The position numbers and the translations under genes are program-made. Below the pieces are notes generated by a model. That model searched no databases, was not told the DNA's origin, and worked only from the letters and a program-made list of their open reading frames with translations. A stretch of 64,000 nt of DNA from Eledone cirrhosa (Eukaryota), in the NCBI GenBank assembly GCA_964016885.1, contig OZ024757.1, forward strand, positions 43,710,001 to 43,774,000, in the 5' to 3' direction. Of this stretch, positions 53,481-64,000 are shown one piece after another; the stretch's first letter is position 1; every line of letters begins with the position of its first letter.

Positions 53481-54235
53481 AGCAAGGCAAATCGCGCATA
53501 AAATAACGCTTATATCGAGAAAATAAAACAAAAATTTCAATGTTGCACTTTTGTTTGTTGTTCTTTTATTTTACGTAAACATTTCGCTGCTCTAGCCTCT
53601 TATTTCCTATTAGATTACACTTAATTCCATTAAACATTCATTCTTAGTCTCGTGGTAAACTATTTCATCTATATTTATATCGCTGTTACAGCCTTTTATT
53701 TCTACATCTATCACCTATAGCCACTGTTACGCCGGTAGTATAAGTAGCTTTATAACAAGAAACGATGATATAACTCCACAAAATGTCTTCTTCAGCAAGA
53801 CACTTCACTTCATATTGCTCCAGTACACCGAGTTACACATAGACAGATACATACATACACATATATATGTACACAGATAGAAATAAGAGGGAGATAGAGT
53901 AAAAGATGTAAAGAGAGGGTGAGAGTGTGACACACATTTATCTGTCTATCTCTCTCTATTTTAACACCGGTCGTTATAATTAGTTTTATAACACCGCTAT
54001 ATTACCGACATGAAAGAGGTAAATAATTATTTCTTAAATGTTTAGAACATGTTTCTCTTGTCTTCTTAAATGTATAGAACATGTTTCTTATTTATATTCT
54101 TAACATAGCTAGGACCTTATCTCATTTACTGGTCTCTACTTTTAGGGCTTTGCTGGTCCCATGTGCCCTCCATGAAGACACACTCGCCCCTTCTCTCTCA
54201 GTCTCCGTACTAATTACTACACATACGTATATATA

Positions 54236-56417
54236 TTTATTTTAAGAAACCTTAATGACAAATAATATAAAGTGTTTGTAAAGTGGGGAAGAGTAGTTTT
54301 ACGGTGGGGTTGTTATATAGATATCGTTTTTGCAGTGGGGTCGTGACTGGCGTATAATAATGAGTCACTGTTGATGTATATACAAATCATGTTTTGGATA
54401 TAAGTGAAGTTATTTAAGAGATTTAGTTGTTTTGTATACATTCATAACGGTACGCGATGGGACCCACCCACAGCCCCGGCGGACAGAATGGAGAAGGCGT
54501 TTCCCCGGAGCACGGCAAGGGAGACGCGCTGGAAAAGCCACTCCAACTCGCGGGGCTCACACCTGCGGCTGGCCAGCTCAGCGCCTATGGTGGTGAGTAA
54601 GGAGGTAGCCCTGGGGCCGAGGACACCAGAAGTCTCCACTTCCAGGGGTACGACCGCAAACCTGTCGGAGAGTGAACGATATGTGAGGAGTTTGGCCCCC
54701 TCAGCCTGACGTGCAGCAGAACCTGGGCCAGTCGCAGACTGCACCAGGTTGCGGCTGCAGAAAGTGTCGGTGCAAGTGGCATCCCAGACGAGGGGTTTGC
54801 CACCGCGGAACGGGAAGATGGTCATGCCATCTAGCCTTTTGCCGTCCCCTCGAGCTGGGAAGGGAAGCCTGCAGCGTCCAAGCCATGCTTAATGACTTCG
54901 TTGAGGGCAGCATGGCGTGGATTGCGGGTGGAGGCCGAAAGAGTCCATGGTGGAACGGCAGCGACATTGGTGTGAGGCCGAGCCTCAGGGAAACGCCGAT
55001 GCGCAAGCTATTGTTGTCTAGCTGCGTGCGAGTGGAGAAGGAGGGCAGGGCATGGAGCCAGGCCCCACTGTGGGGTTTGGAGGCTGCACGAAAACAAACA
55101 AGGCGGTGCTGGTCGAGCTGGCACGTGAGCCTGTCTGAGGCCAGGCTGCACTGGATGGCATCCCAAGTGTGTTGGGGGGGACTTGACGTCAACAGGGGGA
55201 GAAGGAGGAGGAACGTCTACTGGGCTAAGTCCCAGCCGGTCCCACGTCTCACAGGCGGCCACGCGTTCTCTGAACACAGAGGGTTCTGTTGTGTTTTGAA
55301 GAACCCTGCTGAAGAGGACGTGGTACGAGGTTACCGACGAAAGATACGCCGGCAAAGCTAGTGAGATCGGGGACTGGAGGCGAAGGTCGCCATACCTGAT
55401 AGGTAAAGTTGCATATCTCATCGGCTGCTGCTCGGATACAAGTCTGGGTGTAGCACAGAGTGTATAGAGGAGCTTCGGCATGGCGTAGCAGTTCCTCAGC
55501 AGAAAGAGAACTGGGTGGCCATCAATCAAGCCCAGTCGGCTCGTGAGAGTCTGAACTTGATGGTGGAGCGGATGGCCGGCGGGTGGATCGGTGAGGGCAT
55601 CCTCTTTGGGGGTCACCTGAACCTGGCGGAGAATGGACCGCACGTCCAAGACGGAGACTGCAAAGCTTGCAGCATCGAGGCTGACATTCACCACCTCCGA
55701 CTTGGCTGAGTTGACCTGGAGGTCGATTCCCGCCAGGGCAGGAACCACCGATTGAAGGTCATGGCAGACCGCCTGTACGGGCCCACCCAAAGTAGCATCA
55801 TCCAGATACCAAACGTTGAGAGGGGCCGTTATACTCCGGGCGATGTGGTCAATACCAAGGGTGAACAGGAGGGGTCCCAAAGGGTTGCCCTGTTGGATCC
55901 CAGTAGCCAAGGGTATGACCGTATCAGCAGCATGTCGCATGCTCGGGGCTCCATATGACAGCTAGGCAGAGGGGGCTCGGCTGAGGCAGGCCTCGAGCAG
56001 ATGATCCCAGCGTAAAGAGTTGAAGGCATTCCTCATGTCAAACTTGACAATGAGGTGGCTGGAGTCCCTGGATGCCGGTTCCGAGTGTTACGGACTTGCA
56101 GGTTACCTTGGCAGCCAGCCTCCGGAAGACATTGCCCACAGCAATGGGGCGTATGCCACCCTCTTTCTTCCTGAGAGCGGTGAAGCTGGCTGAAAAAAAG
56201 AGGCCTCGAGCATAAGAGTCCAGGGCGCCATGGATGAGCCTATTGGTGAGCGCCACAATTGCACTCAGAAGGCGGCGCCCGGCCTCAGCGGAGAGGGGAG
56301 ATGTCAACTCCTTGAGGAGGCCTGGTCAGAGACCATCAACATCACCGCAGCTGCTAGCTGGGAAGGACCTGATGGCGGACATGATGTCTGCATCAGAAGC
56401 CACAAGGAGCAAGTGTG
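54236..56417 (-). mobile_element. CRE-clade non-LTR retrotransposon relic, copy 8 (mosaic allele)
   Basis: ORF pieces 54442-54825, 55008-55940 and 56038-56307. Confidence 0.9.
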
Positions 56418-57049
56418 GATTACAATACAAAACCTCTGAGAATGATTTCTAAGATATTTCACCATAATTAATTTTCATGAATATATATTAATATTATTAT
56501 TGTTTATTAGGTCAGGTGGATTGGCCAGAACAATTCTACTCTTCTTTTTTAGATGTCACGATTTTTCATGGCATTCCTGAGATCATTAATCTCCAGCTGG
56601 AGATCCAGAGACATCTGATGTATGTAGGTGAACCTCAGTCATCCCACTTGGGTCTTACTATGTTTAGGTATCCACCACAGGAGCCAGCTCATCAGGTCAT
56701 CCTACCCTCAGCAGCAATGTCCAGCATCTATTGATTTCCGCTCCCTAGTTATTGTGGTAATCTTCGATATCTGGGAATATATTTCTTCTGCTTAAGGGAG
56801 TAATAAATATATAGTTTTAAAAAAAACATATATATACACACACATATATATATGTTGTCATTTATAAGAGTTCTCTATCAAAAGCCTTCTCTATGTCCAA
56901 AGCTAAGTATAGTGGCTTATTTTTCTCTAAGAACCTCTTTTGTAGTTGTCTCACTAAGAAGAGGGCATCTGTTGCACTTTTCAGCGGCACAAAACCAAAC
57001 TGCATCTCATACATATACATACATACATACATATACACATACATACATA

Positions 57050-57401
57050 CATCATCATCATCATCATCATCATTTCGTTTTAAGTCCGCTTTTTCCCTGC
57101 TTGCAAGGGTGGGACGGGAACTGATTCTGGCTTGATTTCTACAGCTGGATGCCCTTCCTAACACCAACCTCATTTACAGTGAGTGCTGAGTGCTTTTTTG
57201 CCGTGGCACCTCCACGACCACTTTGCAGTGGAATGATATGGACCCCAGTCCCTATCATCTCATTTCTACAGCTGAGTAAACTGGAGCAATGTGAAATAAA
57301 GTGTCTTGCTCAAGGAAACAACACATCACCCGGTCTGAGAATTGAACTCACAACCTTTCGATTGCCAGGCCAATGCTCGAACCACTAAGCCATGTGCCTC
57401 C
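57050..57401 (-). mobile_element. tRNA-derived SINE with RTE tail, copy
   Basis: Homologous to 13881-14232. Confidence 0.85.
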
Positions 57402-57905
57402 ATATATATATACATACACATACATATACATACATATATATATACATACATACATATATACACATACATACATACACATACATACACATATACATACATA
57501 TATATACATACATACACATACATAGATATATATATATACATAATATAAATATACACACATACACATACATAAGCATATACACATAAGTATATTTACATAT
57601 ACACACGTATATATACATATACATACATACATATATACACATACATACATATATACATACATACACACATATACATACATATATACATATACACATACAT
57701 ACATATACATACATATACACATACATACATATATATATATACATACACACACATATATACATACACACACATATATACAAACACATACATATACACATAT
57801 ATACACATACATACACATACATATACATACATATACACATATACACTCATATATACATATACATACATACACACACATACATACATATATACATATACAT
57901 ACATA

Positions 57906-58453
57906 AAGACAAATCCACCTCATGGACGAGAATGCAAGGGCTCCTCCTCTTTGTTTCGGCCGCGGATGGCTAACCCTAACCCCATCCCCGCTCCCCACTG
58001 CTCCCAACCTCCAAACGCAATCCAAAACTTCAGAGTTGGTACCATTAATGTAGGCACCTTATAGGGTGGCTCTAACGAGGTTGTAGAAATGCTTGAACGT
58101 AAGGAGGTCGATGTTTGTTGTATTCAAGAGACCAGGTGGAGGGGTGGGTCTGCTAGATTCATCGTGGGTAAAGAACGATGCTATACGCTTTTCTGTGTGG
58201 CAAATGACAATGGGCTGGGTATACACATACCACCCCACCTCCCCACCGCAAAGTGGTCGTGGAGGCGCCGCGGCCAAAAAGCACCCAGCCCACACTGTAA
58301 AGCTGACGTGGAGGTGCCACGGAAAAAAAAAAGCACCCAGCACTCACTGCAAACGGGGTTGGCGTCAGGAAGGGCACCCAGCTGTAGAAACCAATCCAGA
58401 ATCAGCTCCCACCCCACCCTTGCAAGCATGGAAAAGCGGACGTATGATGAAGT

Positions 58454-58456
<3 letters not shown>
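57906..58456 (+). mobile_element. Bipartite RTE derivative, copy
   Basis: Homologous to 14735-15285. Confidence 0.82.
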
Positions 58457-58508
<52 letters not shown>

Positions 58509-59245
58509 TATATATATACACATATATATATACACACATATATATCAGTGTACATATATATATACATATATATATATAAATGAATATTTATTCAATTTAA
58601 AGCGCCAATTATCTATATATAACAAGATATGAATTTTTCTAGGGATGGGGAAATTTTCAGTTTGTTTTTATATTTTCACTTCATTTTTTACTTTCTATTT
58701 AATACAGTCTTTGATCCAATATAATCCTGACAGTATTTGAACCAGTTTACCTCATATATATGTATGCACACACAACACTCAAGTTTCGCCATCTACTGCT
58801 ATTTCATTCATATTTATTGTTTAATTAACTCTGGTCTAATTCATCAACTATTGTTAATTATATTATTACGTAGATTTCTTATAAAATCTAGTGCATATAT
58901 ACGTGTATATATACAGGGAGACACTGTAATAGATGTAAAGAGAGTGGGAGATAGAGTTATAGAAGTAAAGAGAGGGGGAGAACTAAGCGGTAGATAGAGT
59001 AATAGATGTAAAGAGAGGGTTAGAACGTTCAACTTGACAGTCAGTACAATGTTCAGCATGGTAGCCAGTACATATGCCAACTACCCAACCGGCCAGCCAG
59101 CCGCATATGCGGTTGACTGGCCAGTTGGGCGGTTGGTATGTGGAACGTTCAACTACGCAGTCAGTACCAAAGTTCAACATTGTAGCCAGTGCATATGCCG
59201 ATCGCCGCGCCCTCTTTGCTCTATTTTAATGACCTGGAACTAAGT

Positions 59246-59358
59246 AAATAGAGTAGGAGATAACTCGACAAGAGCGGAGAGGGTGAGATTCGAACCATGT
59301 AAAGTCGTTGGCTCCTGAACTTCGTAAGCGGGGCTGCTACTGACTGAGCAGCGCCGGC
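59246..59358 (-). ncRNA. tRNA-like Pol III cassette, copy 9 (T-run interrupted)
   Basis: Homologous to 259-371; same T-run variant as copy 3. Confidence 0.5.
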
Positions 59359-60104
59359 AGCAAGGCAAATCGCGCATAAAATAACGCTTATATCGACAAA
59401 AAAAAAAAAAAAATTTCAATGTTGCACTCTTGTTTGTTGTTCTTTTATTTTACGTAAACATTTCGCTGCTCTAGCCTCTTATTTCCTATTAGATTACACT
59501 TAATTCCATTAAACATTCATTCTTAGTCTCGTGGTAAACTATTTCATCTATATTTATATCGCTGTTACAGCCTTTTATTTCTACATCTATCACCTATAGC
59601 CACTGTTACGCCGGTAGTATAAGTAGCTTTATAACAAGAAACGATGATATAACTCCACAAAATGTCTTCTTCAGCAAGACACTTCACTTCATATTGCTCC
59701 AGTACACCGAGTTACACATAGACAGATACATACATACATACACAGATAGAAATGAGAGGTAGATAGAGTAAAAGATTTAAAGAGAGGGTGAGAGTGTGAC
59801 ACACATTTATCTGTCTATCTCTCTCTATTTTAACACCGGTCGTTATAATTAGTTTTATAACACCGCTATATTACCGACATGAAAGAGGTAAATAATTATT
59901 TCTTAAATGTTTAGAACATGTTTCTCTTGTCTTCTTAAATGTATAGAACATGTTTCTTATTTATATTCTTAACATAGCTAGGACCTTATCTCATTTACTG
60001 GTCTCTACTTTTAGGGCTTTGCTGGTCCCATGTGCCCTCCATGAAGACACACTCGCCCCTTCTCTCTCAGTCTCCGTACTAATTACTACACATACGTATA
60101 TATA

Positions 60105-62267
60105 TTTATTTTAAGAAACCTTAATGACAAATAATATAAAGTGTTTGTAAAGTGGGGAAGAGTAGTTTTACGGTGGGGTTGTTATATAGATATCGTTTTT
60201 GCAGTGGGGTCGTGACTGGCGTATAATAATGAGTCACTGTTGATGTATATACAAATCATGTTTTGGATATAAGTGAAGTTATTTAAGAGATTTAGTTGTT
60301 TTGTATACATTCATAACGGTACGCGATGGGACCCACCCACAGCCCCGGCGGACAGAATGGAGAAGGCGTTTCCCCGGAGCACGGCAAGGGAGACGCGCTG
60401 GAAAAGCCACTCCAACTCGCGGGGCTCACACCTGCGGCTGGCCAGCTCAGCGCCTATGGTGGTGAGTAAGGAGGTAGCCCTGGGGCCGAGGACACCAGAA
60501 GTCTCCACTTCCAGGGGTACGACCGCAAACCTGTCGGAGAGTGAACGATATGTGAGGAGTTTGGCCCCCTCAGCCTGACGTGCAGCAGAACCTGGGCCAG
60601 TCGCAGACTGCACCAGGTTGCGGCTGCAGAAAGTGTCGGTGCAAGTGGCATCCCAGACGAGGGGTTTGCCACCGCGGAACGGGAAGATGGTCATGCCATC
60701 TAGCCTTTTGCCGTCCCCTCGAGCTGGGAAGGGAAGCCTGCAGCGTCCAAGCCATGCTTAATGACTTCGTTGAGGGCAGCATGGCGTGGATTGCAGGTGG
60801 AGGCCGAAAGAGTCCATGGTGGAACGGCAGCGACATTGGTGTGAGGCCGAGCCTCAGGGAAACGCCGATGCGCAAGCTATTGTTGTCTAGCTGCGTGCGA
60901 GTGGAGAAGGAGGGCAGGGCATGGAGCCAGGCCCCACTGTGGGGTTTGGAGGCTGCACGAAAACAAACAAGGCGGTGCTGGTCGAGCTGGCACGTGAGCC
61001 TGTCTGAGGCCAGGCTGCACTGCATGGCATCCCAAGTGTGTTGGGGGGGACTTGACGTCAACAGGGGGAGAAGGAGGAGGAACGTCTACTGGGCTAAGTC
61101 CCAGCCGGTCCCACGTCTCACAGGCGGCCACGCGTTCTCTGAACACAGAGGGTTCTGCTGAAGAGGACGTGGTACGAGGTTACCGACGAAAGATATGCCG
61201 GCAAAGCTAGTGAGATCGGGGACTGGAGGCGAAGGCCGCCATACCTGACAGGTAAAGTTGCATATCTCATCGGCTGCTGCTCGGATACAAGTTTAGGTGT
61301 AGCACAGAGTGTATAGAGGAGCTTCGGCATGGCGTAGCAGTTCCTCAGCAGAAAGAGAACTGGGTGGCCATCAATCAAGCCCAGTCGGCTCGTGAGAGTC
61401 TGGACTTTATGGAGGAGCGGATGGCCGGCGGGTGGATCGGTGAGGGCATCCTCTTTGGGGGGTCACCTGAACCTGGCGGAGAATGGACCGCACGTCCAAG
61501 ACGGAGACTGCAAAGCTTGCAGCATCGAGGCTGACATTCACCACCTCCGACTTGGCTGAGTTGACCTGGAGGTCGATTCCCGCCAGGGCAGGAACCACCG
61601 ATTGAAGGTCATGGCAGAACGCCTGTACGGGCCCACCCAAAGTAGCATCATCCAGATACCAAACGTTGAGAGGGGCCGTTATACTCCAGGCGATGTGGTC
61701 AATACCAAGGGTGAACAGGAGGGGTCCCAAAGGGTTGCCCTGTTGGATCCCAGTAGCCAAGGGTATGACCGTATCAGCAGCATGGCGCATGCTTGGGGCT
61801 CCATATGACAGGTAGGCAGAGGGGGCTCGGCTGAGGCAGGCCTCGAGCAGATGATCCCAGCGTAAAGAGTTGAAGGCATTCCTCATGTCAAACTTGACAA
61901 TGAGGTGGCTGGAGGCCCTGGATGCCGGTTCCGAGTGTTACGGACTTGCAGATTACCTTGGCAGCCAGCCTCCGGAAGACATTGCCCACAGCAATGGGGC
62001 GTATGCCATCCTCTTTCTTCCTGAGAGCGGTGAGGCTGGCCGAAAAAAAGAGGCCTCGAGCATAAGAGTCCAGGGCGCCATGGATGAGCCTATTGGTGAG
62101 CGCCACAATTGCACTCAGAAGGCGGCGCCCGGCCTCAGCGGAGAGGGGAGATATCAACTCCTTGAGGAGGCCTGGTCAGAGACCATCAACATCTCCGCAG
62201 CTGCTAGCTGGGAAGGACCTGATGGCGGACATGATGTCTGCATCAGAAGCCACAAGGAGCAAGTGTG
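60105..62267 (-). mobile_element. CRE-clade non-LTR retrotransposon relic, copy 9 (short/mosaic allele)
   Basis: ORF pieces 60311-60694, 61407-61886 and 61888-62157. Confidence 0.9.
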
Positions 62268-62909
62268 GATTACAATACAAAACCTCTGAGAATGATTTCT
62301 AAGATATTTCACCATAATTAATTTTCATCAATATATATTAATATTATTATTGTTTATTAGGTCAGGTGGATTGGCCAGAACAATTCTACTCTTCTTTTTT
62401 AGATGTCACGATTTTTCATGGCATTCCTGAGATCATTAATCTCCAGCTGGAGATCCAGAGACATCTGATGTATGTAGGTGAACCTCAGTCATCCCACTTG
62501 GCTCTTACTATGTTTAGGTATCCACCACAGGAGCCAGCTCATCAGGTCATCCTACCCTCAGCAGCAATGTCCAGCATCTATTGATTTCCGCTCCCTAGTT
62601 ATTGTGGTAATCTTCGATATCTGGGAATATATTTCTTCTGCTTAAGGGAGTAATAAATATATAGTTTTAAAAAAAACATATATATACACACACATATATA
62701 TATGTTGTCATTTATAAGAGTTCTCTATCAAAAGCCTTCTCTATGTCCAAAGCTATGTATAGTGGCTTATTTTTCTCTAAGAACCTCTTTTGTAGTTGTC
62801 TCACTAAGAAGAGGGCATCTGTTGCACTTTTCAGCGGCACAAAACCAAACTGCATCTCATACACATACATACATATACATACATACATACATATACACAT
62901 ACATACATA

Positions 62910-63264
62910 CATCATCATCATCATCATCATCATCATTTCGTTTTAAGTCCGCTTTTTCCCTGCTTGTAAGGGTGGGACGGGAACTGATTCTGGCTTGATT
63001 TCTACAGCTGGATGCCCTTCCTAACACCAACCTCATTTACAGTGAGTGCTGAGTGCTTTTTTGCCGTGGCACCTCCACGACCACTTTGCAGTGGAATGAT
63101 ATTGACCCCAGTCCCTATCATCTCATTTCTACAGCTGAGTAAACTGGAGCAATGTGAAATAAAGTGTCTTGCTCAAGGAAACAACACATCACCCGGTCTG
63201 AGAATTGAACTCACAACCTTTCGATTGCCAGGCCAATGCTCGAACCACTAAGCCATGTGCCTCC
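62910..63264 (-). mobile_element. tRNA-derived SINE with RTE tail, copy
   Basis: Homologous to 13881-14232. Confidence 0.85.
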
Positions 63265-63740
63265 ATATACATATACATATACATACACATACATATATAT
63301 ATACATACATACATATATACACATACATACATACACATACATACACATATACATACATATACATACATAGATATATATATATACATAATATAAATATACA
63401 TACATACACATACATAAGCATATACACATAAGTATATATACATATACACACGTATATATACATATACATACATACATATATACACATACATACATATATA
63501 CATACATACACACATATATACATATACACATACATACATATACATACATATACACATACATACATATATATATATACATACACACACATATATACATACA
63601 CACACATATATACAAACACATACATATACACATATATACACATACATACACATACATATACATACATATACACATATACACTCATATATACATATACATA
63701 CATACACACACATACATACATATATACATATACATACATA

Positions 63741-64000
63741 AAGACAAATCCACCTCATGGACGAGAATGCAAGGGCTCCTCCTCTTTGTTTCGGCCGCGG
63801 ATGGCTAACCCTAACCCCATCCCCGCTCCCCACCGCTCCCAACCTCCAAACGCAATCCAAAACTTCAGAGTTGGTACCATTAATGTAGGCACCTTATAGG
63901 GTGGCTCTAACGAGGTTGTAGAAATGCTTGAACGTAAGGAGGTCGATGTTTGTTGTATTCAAGAGACCAGGTGGAGGGGTGGGTCTGCTAGATTCATCGT
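63741..64000 (+). mobile_element. Bipartite RTE derivative, cut by the window end
   Basis: Homologous to 14735-14995. Confidence 0.8.

Larger units (their letters stand above)
1..64000. repeat. Tandem macro-array of 9 units in two size classes (A about 9.8 kb, B about 5.9 kb), order A-B-B-B-B-A-A-B-B(partial)
   Basis: The near-identical 127-aa ORF ends at 1410, 11248, 17191, 23093, 28997, 34898, 44669, 54442 and 60311. Spacings are 9838, 5943, 5902, 5904, 5901, 9771, 9773 and 5869. Intervening sequence is collinear and the array runs off both window ends. Confidence 0.97.

Noticed and set aside
1-64000. Spliced-leader, U snRNA or 5S gene as the repeated gene of the array
   Set aside because: I could not recognise any such sequence by eye. 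An Rfam scan is needed to exclude divergent ones.

Overview
AT-rich, microsatellite-dense animal genomic DNA. The RTE-type LINE/SINE tails and (TA)n/(TACA)n density suggest a mollusc, probably an octopus (inference only). The whole window is one head-to-tail tandem macro-array of 9 near-identical units in two size classes: A (about 9.8 kb) and B (about 5.9 kb), ordered A-B-B-B-B-A-A-B-B(partial). Every unit has the same core: a 72-nt GC-rich hairpin set in short direct repeats, a minus-strand tRNA-like Pol III (A-box/B-box/T-run) cassette, a 5'-truncated disabled CRE-clade non-LTR retrotransposon (RT, CCHC, restriction-like endonuclease), and a decayed LINE 3' end. B units add a tRNA-SINE with an RTE tail and an internally deleted RTE element whose 5' end resembles an HDV-like ribozyme relic. 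A units replace about 1.1 kb of that with a 5 kb block holding a minisatellite, an RTE RT fragment with a PHD finger, and a fold-back element. I found no intact host protein-coding gene, rRNA, canonical tRNA or CRISPR array.
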